Notes under the pieces: model-generated
The model's input: only the letters and a program-made list of their open reading frames with translations
Told to the model about the DNA's origin: nothing
Databases searched by the model: none
Assembly: GCF_900182835.1 (NCBI RefSeq)
Contig: NZ_FXUB01000005.1
Location: 34,906-66,905, forward strand
From: Desulfurobacterium pacificum
GTDB taxonomy: Bacteria; Aquificota; Aquificia; Desulfurobacteriales; Desulfurobacteriaceae
Length of the DNA: 32,000 nucleotides
Direction: 5' to 3'
Made by a program: the position numbers and the translations under genes
Shown here: piece by piece, positions 17,309 to 26,452 of the stretch
Layout: every line of letters starts with the position of its first letter
Position numbering within the stretch: the first letter of the stretch is position 1

Positions 17309-17623
17309 ATGGTAAAAACAGGCAAAAAAGTTAGCAAAGAATGTATATACAAACAGCTTAAAAAACTGAAGCCAATACTTGAACAGAATTTCGGGGTAGT
17401 AAAAATCGGTATTTTCGGCTCCGTCGCCCGCGGAGATAACACTGTGAACAGTGATGTTGACATATTGGTCGAAATTCAAAAAACAAAATTCAGTCTTATT
17501 GATTTTGTCAAGCTCAAACAGTTTTTAGAAGAAAAACTTGAATGCAAAGTAGACCTCGTTATGAAAAGAGCGATTAAACCGAAACTAAAAAAAGACATCT
17601 TAAATGAGGTCATATATGTCTAA
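17309..17623 (+). CDS. mntA: MNT-domain nucleotidyltransferase, MntA-type antitoxin
   Basis: 'IGIFGSVARGDNTVNSDVDILVEI' = GSxARGDxxxxSDxD nucleotidyltransferase motif; overlaps the downstream HEPN gene. Confidence 0.85.
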   Translation: MVKTGKKVSKECIYKQLKKLKPILEQNFGVVKIGIFGSVARGDNTVNSDVDILVEIQKTKFSLIDFVKLKQFLEEKLECKVDLVMKRAIKPKLKKDILNEVIYV

Positions 17624-17963
17624 AAAGAAGTCTCCTGCTGTCTATTTAGAAGACATCTTAGAATCTATTAAAAAAATAGAAAAATACACAAAAGGTATGT
17701 CAAAAGAAGAGTTCTTCTCAAATGACCTCATCATAGATGGCGTAATAAGAAACTTAGAAATAATCGGAGAAGCTACCAAAAAACTCCCCACAACACTTAA
17801 AGAAAACCACTCCCATATTCCTTGGAAAGAAATAGCAGGAATGCGAGATATCCTTATCCACGACTACTCAGGCGTAGACGCCCAAGTTATTTGGGATACG
17901 ATAAAAGAAGATTTACCTACTCTAAAGAAACAGATTCAGGAAATACTAAAACAAATTCCTTAA
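17616..17963 (+). CDS. hepT: HEPN-domain (DUF86) HepT-like ribonuclease toxin
   Basis: 'GMRDILIHDYSGVD' contains the RX4HXY motif; 'VIRNLEIIGEATKKLP' is typical of DUF86. ATG at 17616 preferred over the tracked 17604. Confidence 0.87.
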   Translation: MSKKKSPAVYLEDILESIKKIEKYTKGMSKEEFFSNDLIIDGVIRNLEIIGEATKKLPTTLKENHSHIPWKEIAGMRDILIHDYSGVDAQVIWDTIKEDLPTLKKQIQEILKQIP

Positions 17964-17978
17964 AGGAGGTCAGATTAA

Positions 17979-18932
17979 TTGATAAAAGTAATCCTTGAGC
18001 TAAGCCCAGAAGATTTTTACACCATAGTCGGACATCACGAAGAAAACCTTAAGAAGATAGCAAAAATTTTGAACATCAACTTGGGTTCCCGCGGCAACGA
18101 AATAATGATAAACGGCAGCGCTGAAGGTGAAGAGAAAGCAAAAGAATTCTTTAAAGGTCTGGAAACCTTAATAAAGTCTGGACACAAAATTACAAAAAGC
18201 GATATGGATATGTACATAACTCAGCTTTCAAGCAGAGAAAAAGTAGAAATAGAAGCAAACAAGGAAATAGTAAAAACCTTTAGAGGTAAAAAAATCCTCC
18301 CCAAAACCCCCACCCAAAAAAGGTACGTCCAAGCAATAGAAAAAAACGATATCGTTTTCGGCGTAGGACCAGCAGGAACGGGTAAAACCTACCTCGCAGT
18401 TGCCGTCGCAGTATCTTACTTCAGAAAAGGTAAAGTAAATAGATTAATCCTTACAAGACCTGCGGTGGAAGCCGGTGAAAAGTTGGGTTTTTTACCGGGA
18501 ACGCTTCAAGAAAAGATAGACCCATACTTAAAACCCCTTTACGATGCCCTCTTTGAAATGATGGAACCGGAAAAGGTAAACGCCCTTCTTGAAAGGAACG
18601 TCTTTGAAATAGCGCCCCTTGCCTACATGAGAGGAAGAACGCTGAACGACGCATTCATAATCTTAGACGAAGCTCAAAACACAACAAAAGAACAGATGAA
18701 AATGTTTTTAACGAGGTTAGGTTTTGGCTCAAAGGTAGTAATAACCGGTGATATCACTCAAATAGACCTTCCATCAAAAGAACGTTCAGGACTTGTAGAA
18801 GCACTGAAAATACTAAAAGGCATAGACGGAATAGAAATTGTAGAATTTACAAGGCAGGACGTAGTAAGACACAGACTCGTTCAGGAGATAATAAAGGCTT
18901 ATGAAGAGTATGAAGCAGGAACAAAAGGATAA
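17979..18932 (+). CDS. PhoH-like ATPase
   Basis: RBS aaaggaggtc; 'VFGVGPAGTGKTYLAVAVAV', 'LTRPAVEAGEKLGFLPGTLQEKIDPYLKPLYDAL', 'FIILDEAQNTTKEQMKMFLTRLGFGSKVVITGD'. Confidence 0.96.
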   Translation: MIKVILELSPEDFYTIVGHHEENLKKIAKILNINLGSRGNEIMINGSAEGEEKAKEFFKGLETLIKSGHKITKSDMDMYITQLSSREKVEIEANKEIVKTFRGKKILPKTPTQKRYVQAIEKNDIVFGVGPAGTGKTYLAVAVAVSYFRKGKVNRLILTRPAVEAGEKLGFLPGTLQEKIDPYLKPLYDALFEMMEPEKVNALLERNVFEIAPLAYMRGRTLNDAFIILDEAQNTTKEQMKMFLTRLGFGSKVVITGDITQIDLPSKERSGLVEALKILKGIDGIEIVEFTRQDVVRHRLVQEIIKAYEEYEAGTKG

Positions 18933-20949
18933 CTATCAGATATACGGCTTTGTTCTTTTAGCAGCGATAATCGTAACCGTTATAATGCTGCCTTTTAACG
19001 TTGTAAACGTTCCTCTTTTAAAACCGGGGCAGGTAAGCCCTACAGACATTCGTTCCCCCTATACGTTGAAGATTAAAGACGTAAAAGCAACCCTAAAACT
19101 TAAAGAGGAAGCAAAACAGAAAGTTCTACCCGTATTCAAACACCACGCCGTTGAAAATCAAGTACTCAAAGAAGTAGAAAGCGCCGGCAACTTTACAGAG
19201 AACGAGAAAAAATACCTTGAAGAGATATTAAAACTTTACTACAGAAGGGGAATCGTCAACCAGATACCTAACGGCTACAGCAGAGTAAAAATAATAACGG
19301 CAAAAGGCGAAAAGGTAGTAAACGCCGACAGATTTATAAAACTCAACCAGATTAAAAACTACCTCAGGCAGGATTTATCTCAGTTCATAAACAAAAACCG
19401 GGCAGAAGAGATAGTAAATAAAGTGGGAAAACTGATTAAACCAAACTACGTCTATCAGAAGGAACTAACAGAAACGCTCTGGTCTGAAGCGGAAAGCAAG
19501 GTAAAGCCCGTCTATATTACCCTCAAAAAGGGAGAAATATTAGTCAGGAAAGGGGAAAAAGTCACACCTGAAACGGCTGCAAAGATTAAACTCATACGCG
19601 AAGAGAAAGAGAAAGGCAGAGGCGTCAACAAATACCTTTCTTTAACGCTCCTTTCCCTTATACTCTTTTACTTACTTGTTAAACTCTACAGAATAACAAG
19701 TCCTTCGGCTTTCAACGTCAAAAACGTTCTTTTCTCTTTCTGCACCGTAACGTTAGACATACTCCTTATTAGGATATTCACCTACCTGTCAAAACTGATA
19801 GTTGAAAGCCTGAATTTACCGGTAAACGAACACCTGCTTTACGTTCCAATAGTTACGTCAACGATATTCGCATCTATGTTTATAACGAAGAAAGTTGCAA
19901 CAATTCACGTCTTTCCGGTTTCCATACTGCCTGCTTTTCTTTTACCTAAACCAGAGCTCTTTATTATTCCGGTGGCAGTGGGTGGGATTTTTTCCTGTTT
20001 TGATTCAAGAAAGTACAGAAGCAGAGAGATGATATACAAAAGCGCCTTCACAATGGGTCTATTCGCTTCCCTCCTCCAAGAAATTATCCTTATTTACTAC
20101 TACGGATTAACTTTAAAGCCTGAAAATATCGTTTTCCCGATTCTTTCACTTACAGGTGCTGGCATCACAGCAGTAGTAGTTAACGGTTTAAGTCCTTTAC
20201 TTATCAACATTTTCAAATTTACAACGGATATGGTTTATATGGAACTTATCAATCTTAACCACCCTCTCTTGAGGAAATTAGTACTAAAAGCACCCGGCAC
20301 TTACAGCCACTCAGTTATGGTAGCAACGCTTGCTGAAGCAGCAGCAGAAACGATTGGCGCAAACGCCCTTTTAGCAAAAGCAGGCGGTCTGTTTCACGAT
20401 ATAGGAAAACTTAAAAACCCTCAAGCTTTCATAGAAAACCAGACAAACGGTATCAACATACACGATAAGCTACCGCCGGAAAAGAGCGCTGCAATACTGC
20501 GCTCTCACGTTGAGTACGGAGAGGAGTTGGGCAGGAAGTATAACCTGCCAGAAAAAGTTATAGATATCATTAAACAGCACCACGGAACAAAACTGATGAA
20601 ATACTTCTACCACAAAGCTAAGGAATTATACGGTGATAAAGTTGATGAAAAAAAATTTAGATATCCAGGACCGAAACCTCAGTTCAAAGAAGCAGGAATC
20701 GTTCTCTTAGCAGACACCGTTGAAGCTGCGATAAGGTCTATGAAAGACAAAGATTTCAATTTAGAAGAAGCAATTCACAAACTAATAATGGATGAAGTTG
20801 AAGATGGTCAGTTAACCCAGAGCGGACTTTCACTGAAGGATATATCTTTAATAGAAAAAGTATTCAAGAAAGTTCTATCTGGGATATACCACAACAGAGT
20901 GGAGTATCCTGAAGAGGAAAGTGGAGGAGAGAATGGAAGAAGTAGGTAA
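18901..20949 (+). CDS. 7TM-HD family phosphohydrolase, PgpH/YqfF-type
   Basis: Extracellular 7TMR-HDED-like N-terminal region, multiple TM segments, then the HD domain 'GTYSHSVMVATLAEAAAETIGANALLAKAGGLFHDIGKL...HHGTKLMKYFYHKA'. Confidence 0.92.
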   Translation: MKSMKQEQKDNYQIYGFVLLAAIIVTVIMLPFNVVNVPLLKPGQVSPTDIRSPYTLKIKDVKATLKLKEEAKQKVLPVFKHHAVENQVLKEVESAGNFTENEKKYLEEILKLYYRRGIVNQIPNGYSRVKIITAKGEKVVNADRFIKLNQIKNYLRQDLSQFINKNRAEEIVNKVGKLIKPNYVYQKELTETLWSEAESKVKPVYITLKKGEILVRKGEKVTPETAAKIKLIREEKEKGRGVNKYLSLTLLSLILFYLLVKLYRITSPSAFNVKNVLFSFCTVTLDILLIRIFTYLSKLIVESLNLPVNEHLLYVPIVTSTIFASMFITKKVATIHVFPVSILPAFLLPKPELFIIPVAVGGIFSCFDSRKYRSREMIYKSAFTMGLFASLLQEIILIYYYGLTLKPENIVFPILSLTGAGITAVVVNGLSPLLINIFKFTTDMVYMELINLNHPLLRKLVLKAPGTYSHSVMVATLAEAAAETIGANALLAKAGGLFHDIGKLKNPQAFIENQTNGINIHDKLPPEKSAAILRSHVEYGEELGRKYNLPEKVIDIIKQHHGTKLMKYFYHKAKELYGDKVDEKKFRYPGPKPQFKEAGIVLLADTVEAAIRSMKDKDFNLEEAIHKLIMDEVEDGQLTQSGLSLKDISLIEKVFKKVLSGIYHNRVEYPEEESGGENGRSR

Positions 20950-21169
20950 GATGCTGGTGTATGGGGGGATTTTACTTATAATAACAGGACTTTTCATTAT
21001 CATAATATCAAAAGCAGGCAGTGGGTTTCCTATCGGAAGATTACCAGGAGACATATATATCAAAAAGGATAATTTCGTATTCTACTTTCCACTTGGAACA
21101 AGCTTATTGATAAGTTTCCTACTTTCTGCACTTTCCTTTCTTTTCTTTCTAATCATGAGGAAACAATGA
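20921..21169 (+). CDS. DUF2905 small membrane protein
   Basis: Two hydrophobic segments around 'GRLPGDIYIKKDNFVFYFPLGTSLLIS', characteristic of DUF2905; overlaps neighbours on both sides. Confidence 0.82.
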   Translation: MEERMEEVGKMLVYGGILLIITGLFIIIISKAGSGFPIGRLPGDIYIKKDNFVFYFPLGTSLLISFLLSALSFLFFLIMRKQ

Positions 21170-22320
21170 AGCCAATCAAATTAATAGTTCTAATTTCCCT
21201 TCTCACAACAACTACCTGCTACTCAGCAATTGTGGAAAGTATCAATTTTATAGGTTTAAAGTGGTGCAAAAAGGAATTCGTAGAGAGAGAAATCCTACTC
21301 AAACCCGGTGAAGAGTTTTCGGAAGAATTACTAAAAAAATCCGTAAGGAACCTTCTTAATACTCACCTGTTTTACAAAATTAACCCCCTGGTTAAAAAAC
21401 TCAAAAACGGAAACGTAAAGATAACTTTCTACGTTAAAGAACGCTTTCCCATAATTCCCGTTCCAAAATTCCGATTAAAAAGCGACGGCAGCTATAAAGT
21501 AGGAATAGAAATCAGAGATTACAATCTATCTGGAATGGGAAATAAACTATTCATAGGATACACAAAATGGATAAACACAGAATTTTCACAGGATAGATAC
21601 CTGTACTTTCAACTGTACAGACTCATAAAACAGAAAGGTAGCATAAATGGTAACGTTTATAGCCACGAGGACGAAAGCGAAAAAACGTTTAAAATCTCCG
21701 TAGCAAGCCCTTGGTTTTTAGACAGAGAAAAAATCCACACCCTCACCCCTGGCACCACCTACCTATTTCTCAGAGACAAAGACACAAACAAAATCAAACA
21801 CTATTTCTTCTCATTCTTAAGCTACTCCATTGATAGAACGACTGACCACGTTTACTACACTTCGGGAACGTTAATCACCTTTTACGTAAAAACTGCCATA
21901 CCAGAGATATCCTCTACATTTACAGGCTCCTTCGTAGGAAGCTACTCAAAACAAATCCACACAAAAAACGTTGATAGCTGGGGATACTCTTTTCTCTCAG
22001 GAACAAACTTTGGCAACTACGTTTTTCCACTATCTTCCGGAATACCAGGATACGACGACTCAAAATCGTCAGGTAAACGTTTTTTAACTTTTTCACTTAA
22101 CTACAGAAAAGCAGTCATAGACAAAAGCGTTTTCGTCAAGCCAAAACTTTACTTTGGAACAGTTTTCCCATCAAGAAATTTCCTTTTAACTCCAGGAATA
22201 GAAGCAGAAATCTTCTGGGCAAAGTTAGTAGATGGTATCATTAAACTCAGCTTTTTTAGGGGAATAGGTTCCAACAGCAGCAGCACTCAGGCGAACGTAA
22301 AATTCGGATTCAGGTGGTAA
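21166..22320 (+). CDS. Small Omp85-like outer membrane protein (short POTRA-like N-terminal region plus barrel)
   Basis: Signal peptide; 'VESINFIGLKWCKKEFVEREILLKPGEEFSEELLKKSVRNLLNTHLFYKINP' is POTRA-like; strands such as 'GIEIRDYNLSGMGNKLFIGY'; C terminus 'VKFGFRW'. Confidence 0.72.
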   Translation: MKPIKLIVLISLLTTTTCYSAIVESINFIGLKWCKKEFVEREILLKPGEEFSEELLKKSVRNLLNTHLFYKINPLVKKLKNGNVKITFYVKERFPIIPVPKFRLKSDGSYKVGIEIRDYNLSGMGNKLFIGYTKWINTEFSQDRYLYFQLYRLIKQKGSINGNVYSHEDESEKTFKISVASPWFLDREKIHTLTPGTTYLFLRDKDTNKIKHYFFSFLSYSIDRTTDHVYYTSGTLITFYVKTAIPEISSTFTGSFVGSYSKQIHTKNVDSWGYSFLSGTNFGNYVFPLSSGIPGYDDSKSSGKRFLTFSLNYRKAVIDKSVFVKPKLYFGTVFPSRNFLLTPGIEAEIFWAKLVDGIIKLSFFRGIGSNSSSTQANVKFGFRW

Positions 22321-23162
22321 AGATGAAAGTAGCAATAGTCCAATTCAGGTCAGTTTTAGGAGATTTTAAAGCTAACTTAGAAAAAACCATTGACTTCATT
22401 GAAAAAGCTATAGAAGATGGGGCAGAAATCTGCCTCTTTCCTGAACTTAACTTAACCGGCTACAACGTTCAAGACATAACCAGCGAGATAGCTGTAACAG
22501 CTCAGCAATTGGAAAACTCTCCACTAAAACCTCTAAGTGAGAAAATTTCAATAATAGTAGGCGGAATTGAAGAATCTGAAGAACACGTTCTATACAACTC
22601 TGCATTTTGCTTCTCCGAAGGGAAACTAATCCACGTTCACCGCAAAGTATTCCTGCCAACTTACGGAATGTTTGATGAAGGAAGATTCACAGGCGCAGGA
22701 AAAGAAGTTAAAACGTTCTACCTCAATGGAGTAAAATCAACTGTACTAATCTGCGAAGACCTCTGGCACTTTTCAACGGTATATCTGTCCTTCATACAGG
22801 GAACGAAATTCATATTTGCCCTATCTTCAAGCCCCGGAAGAGGTTACAGAGAAAACGGAGAATTTGGAAACGCAAAAATATGGAAAAACATGGGAGAGTT
22901 CTATTCCAGAATGACCGGCAGCTACTTCTTTTACGCAAACCGCGTAGGCGTTGAAGATGGATTCGTTTTTTCAGGAAAATCATTCGCATGCGACCCATTT
23001 GGTAACGTAATAGCAGAAGCTTCCCCCTTCAAAGAGGAGATACTTTTAGTAAACGCAGACCTCTCTCTAATAAGAGCTGCCAGAATATCTCTGCCTCTCC
23101 TAAGAGATGAAAAGCCTGAAATTATTTTCAACAATTTAAGGAGAATCCTTGATGAAGGATAG
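22314..23162 (+). CDS. Carbon-nitrogen hydrolase / glutaminase-domain partner of NAD synthetase
   Basis: Nitrilase-superfamily triad contexts: E in 'LFPELNLTGYN', K in 'HRKVFLPTYGMFDEGR', C in 'VLICEDLWH'; ORF overlaps nadE. Confidence 0.85.
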   Translation: MVKMKVAIVQFRSVLGDFKANLEKTIDFIEKAIEDGAEICLFPELNLTGYNVQDITSEIAVTAQQLENSPLKPLSEKISIIVGGIEESEEHVLYNSAFCFSEGKLIHVHRKVFLPTYGMFDEGRFTGAGKEVKTFYLNGVKSTVLICEDLWHFSTVYLSFIQGTKFIFALSSSPGRGYRENGEFGNAKIWKNMGEFYSRMTGSYFFYANRVGVEDGFVFSGKSFACDPFGNVIAEASPFKEEILLVNADLSLIRAARISLPLLRDEKPEIIFNNLRRILDEG

Positions 23163-23991
23163 AATAGTAGAACTATTAGAAATAAAAGATAAAGCTTTCA
23201 TAACAAGCGTCCTTACACACTTCATAAAAGAAGAACTCAACAAAGCCGGATTTCAGAAAGCTGTAGTTGGAATATCGGGAGGTGTAGATTCAGCACTTAC
23301 AGCCTTCCTATCGGTGTTAGCTTTAGGTAAAGAGAACGTTATAGGCATATCAATGCCCTATAAAACAAGCTCAGAAGACTCAAAGAACGACGCCCGTTTA
23401 GTTGCAGAAACTTTAGACATAGAGTTCCACGAGATAGATATAACTCCCCAGATAGACGCTTATTACGAGAAATTTCCAGATGCAGATAGAATCAGAAAAG
23501 GAAACAAAATGGCAAGAGAGCGCATGAGTATTCTATACGACTTCGCCCACTGGAAAAACGCATTAGTTATAGGAACGAGTAACAAAAGCGAACTGCTTAT
23601 AGGTTATTCAACAAGGTGGGGTGACGGCGCTCACGACGTTAATCCAATAGGTGACCTCTATAAAACACAAGTATGGCAGATGGCAGAATACGTTGGCGTT
23701 CCTGAAAGAATAGTAAAGAAAAAGCCATCGGCAGACCTCTGGCCCGGTCAGACAGATGAAGGAGAAATAGGATTAACTTACCATACGCTTGACCAAATAC
23801 TACTTGCTTACGTTGACCTCCGAATGAAGAAGGAAGACATCGTAAACTTAGGATACGATAAATCAACTGTAGAAAAAGTTTTAAACATGGTCAAACGTTC
23901 CCAATACAAGCGAAAACTTCCTATAATCTGCAAAATCACTCAGAGAACCGTTGACAAAGACTTCCTATACTTCAGGGACTGGGGGCTATAA
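23149..23991 (+). CDS. nadE: NAD+ synthetase
   Basis: 'VVGISGGVDSALTAFLSVLALG', 'GTSNKSELLIGYSTRWGDGAHDVNPIGDLYKTQV', 'KKPSADLWPGQTDEGEIGLTYHTLD'. Confidence 0.97.
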   Translation: MMKDRIVELLEIKDKAFITSVLTHFIKEELNKAGFQKAVVGISGGVDSALTAFLSVLALGKENVIGISMPYKTSSEDSKNDARLVAETLDIEFHEIDITPQIDAYYEKFPDADRIRKGNKMARERMSILYDFAHWKNALVIGTSNKSELLIGYSTRWGDGAHDVNPIGDLYKTQVWQMAEYVGVPERIVKKKPSADLWPGQTDEGEIGLTYHTLDQILLAYVDLRMKKEDIVNLGYDKSTVEKVLNMVKRSQYKRKLPIICKITQRTVDKDFLYFRDWGL

Positions 23992-25377
23992 ATGGTAACA
24001 GACTTCAAAGAGTTAGGAGTTTACGGAGCAAAAAAACTCTTAGAAAAAGGAGCAGATTACGGCGACCTTTTCTTTGAAAAGAGATACACTTTTTCCGCTT
24101 CCTGTGAAGACAACAAAGTAGAGAGAGTATCTTCTGGGCTGGAAGTTGGAGTAGGAATACGTTACATAAAAAAACAAAAAACTTACTTCGGATTTACAAA
24201 CAAACTAACAATCCAATCTATTGAAGAAACAATAGACAACTTAGCATCAGCAGCCGCTTCAGAAAAAGAGGTAACGTTAGACCTAAGAGAAAAGGAACCT
24301 CGTTACGAAGGAATAGTAGAAGGAACAAACTTTGAAATCTCAGTTGATGAAAAAGTGGAATACCTATTAAAAGCAAACGAAACAGCTCGCTCCTACGGAG
24401 ATAGAATTAAACAGGTCACAGTTGTTTTAAGAGACCAAATTCAGGAAGTAACTATAGTAAACACCTTAGGTAACATAGTAGAAGACGTAAGACCACGCGT
24501 TGTCTTTTACGTTTTGGTAGTAGCATCTGACGGAATACTCCTTCAAACAGGATACGAACCTGTAGGACACTTAGGTGATTACTCCCTTTTCCAAAAACAT
24601 CCTCCCGAAAAGGTGGCTAAAATAGCTGCCGAAAGAGCTTTAAAAATGCTTGAAGCCAAACCTGCACCTGCAGGTAAATTTACAGTGGTAATCTCCTCAA
24701 AAGCCGGCGGAACAATGATTCACGAAGCGGTAGGGCATGGACTTGAAGCCGACCTTGCCAACCAGGGACTTTCTGTTTACGCAGGAAAAATAGGAGAAAA
24801 GGTTGCATCAGAATTGATAACGGTAATAGATAACGGCTACATGAAAGGAATGTACGGAAGCTCCGGCTACGACGATGAAGGCACTGCAACAAGAGAAAAC
24901 GTTCTTATAGAAAACGGCATACTTAAAAACTTCATGTACGACACCCTTGAAGCCATGAAAGCTGGAGAGTTTTCAACTGGTAACGGAAGAAGGCAATCCT
25001 ACATGCACGTCCCTATACCGAGAATGACAAATACCTATATAAAACCACAGGACGCATCACCGGAAGATATCATTGCCGACACAAAAAGCGGAATTTTAGT
25101 TGTTAAAATGGGGGGTGGTCAGGTTAACACCGTTAATGGAGATTTTGTATTTGAGGTCTCCGAGGGCTATCTCATAGAAAACGGAAAGGTAACAGAACCA
25201 ATAAGAGGTGTTTCCCTTATTGGCAACGGACCAGAAGTTCTCAAAAACATTGATGCGGTAGGGAACGACCTGGGCTTTTCTATAGGCACGTGCGGTAAAG
25301 ACGGTCAAGGCGTTCCCGTAACTGACGGAATGCCTACTATTCGCATACCCGAAATTACCGTAGGAGGAGTTAAATAA
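23992..25377 (+). CDS. tldD: TldD-family metalloprotease
   Basis: 'MIHEAVGHGLEADL' zinc motif HExxxH; 'GKIGEKVASELITVIDNG', 'SGYDDEGTATRENVLIENG', 'GNGRRQSYMHVPIPRMTNTYI'. Confidence 0.94.
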   Translation: MVTDFKELGVYGAKKLLEKGADYGDLFFEKRYTFSASCEDNKVERVSSGLEVGVGIRYIKKQKTYFGFTNKLTIQSIEETIDNLASAAASEKEVTLDLREKEPRYEGIVEGTNFEISVDEKVEYLLKANETARSYGDRIKQVTVVLRDQIQEVTIVNTLGNIVEDVRPRVVFYVLVVASDGILLQTGYEPVGHLGDYSLFQKHPPEKVAKIAAERALKMLEAKPAPAGKFTVVISSKAGGTMIHEAVGHGLEADLANQGLSVYAGKIGEKVASELITVIDNGYMKGMYGSSGYDDEGTATRENVLIENGILKNFMYDTLEAMKAGEFSTGNGRRQSYMHVPIPRMTNTYIKPQDASPEDIIADTKSGILVVKMGGGQVNTVNGDFVFEVSEGYLIENGKVTEPIRGVSLIGNGPEVLKNIDAVGNDLGFSIGTCGKDGQGVPVTDGMPTIRIPEITVGGVK

Positions 25378-26048
25378 TGAAAGCTATAGCAGTAAAGAAC
25401 ATAGAAATAGAGGGTTTAGGAACGTTTAAAGAAGCTTTAGAAAGGAGAGGCGTTAAAACAGAAGAAACGGAAGCCTCTAAAGGACTTGAAATATCTCCCG
25501 ACGAGTTTGACATCCTCATTATCTTAGGCGGTCCTATGGGAGTTTACGAAGAAGACAAATATCCTTTCCTCAAACAAGAAAAAGAGCTGATTAAGCAGTT
25601 TCACGAAAAAGGCAAAAAAATTTTAGGTGTTTGTCTTGGCGCTCAACTTATAGCAAATACCTTCGGCGCAAAAGTATACAAAGGGAAATGGGGAAAGGAA
25701 ATTGGGTGGTATCCTGTATTCCCCCAAGACCATCTTGAAATCATCTATAAAGACGAAATAGAAGTTTTCCACTGGCACGGAGACACTTTTGACCTTCCCG
25801 AAGGAGCTACCAGATTGGCTTCTTCAGTTAAATACAACAACCAAGCGTTCAGAATAGGAAATCAGGTAATTGGTCTTCAATTCCACTTAGAAGTAACAAA
25901 AGAAGATATTAAAAATTGGATAGAAGTTTACAAAAAAGAACTTCAAGAAGAAGGAATACCTGAAGAAAATATCTTAGCAACTGATGAAAAATGGAGAAGA
26001 CTCAAAATATATAGTGATGTTTTCATAGATTATTTCCTGAAATTGTAA
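25377..26048 (+). CDS. Class I glutamine amidotransferase domain protein (GMP synthase glutaminase-like)
   Basis: 'ILIILGGPMGVYEED', catalytic 'ILGVCLGAQLIA', 'FHWHGDTFDLPEGATRLASS', 'GLQFHLEV'. Confidence 0.88.
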   Translation: MKAIAVKNIEIEGLGTFKEALERRGVKTEETEASKGLEISPDEFDILIILGGPMGVYEEDKYPFLKQEKELIKQFHEKGKKILGVCLGAQLIANTFGAKVYKGKWGKEIGWYPVFPQDHLEIIYKDEIEVFHWHGDTFDLPEGATRLASSVKYNNQAFRIGNQVIGLQFHLEVTKEDIKNWIEVYKKELQEEGIPEENILATDEKWRRLKIYSDVFIDYFLKL

Positions 26049-26056
26049 AAAAAATA

Positions 26057-26086
26057 TTGACAGAAACCGCTGCAAGCCTATATTAT
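26057..26086 (+). promoter_or_regulatory. Candidate sigma-70 promoter for the tRNA array
   Basis: TTGACA at 26057-26062 and TATATT (26079, spacer 16) or TATTAT (26081, spacer 18), just upstream of the first tRNA at 26104. Confidence 0.65.
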
Positions 26087-26103
26087 CCATCGTCAAATTA
26101 AGT

Positions 26104-26179
<76 letters not shown>

Positions 26180-26188
26180 CTTAACAGC

Positions 26189-26266
<78 letters not shown>

Positions 26267-26275
26267 TTATTAATT

Positions 26276-26351
26276 GGGGCCGTAGCTCAGCTGGGAGAGC
26301 GTCAGGCTGGCAGTCTGAAGGTCGTGGGTTCGAATCCCACCGGCTCCACCA
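26276..26351 (+). tRNA. tRNA-Ala (GGC)
   Basis: Acceptor GGGGCCG/CGGCTCC, anticodon loop CTGGCAG, GGTTCGAATCC, encoded CCA. Confidence 0.95.
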
Positions 26352-26355
26352 TAAG

Positions 26356-26432
26356 GGGCCCGTAGCTCAGTTGGTCAGAGCAGCCGGCTCATAACCGGCT
26401 GGTCGGAGGTTCGAGTCCTCCCGGGCCCACCA
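26356..26432 (+). tRNA. tRNA with CAT anticodon (elongator Met or Ile2; identity unresolved)
   Basis: Acceptor GGGCCCG/CGGGCCC, anticodon arm GCCGG-CTCATAA-CCGGC, GGTTCGAGTCC, encoded CCA. Confidence 0.92.
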
Positions 26433-26452
26433 TAGCCAAATACGGAGATTAA

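Noticed and set aside
26356-26432. Assigning the CAT tRNA as initiator fMet
   Set aside because: The acceptor starts G-C paired (G1:C72) and the anticodon stem lacks the three consecutive G:C pairs typical of initiators. Met-elongator versus Ile2 (lysidine) could not be decided by eye.
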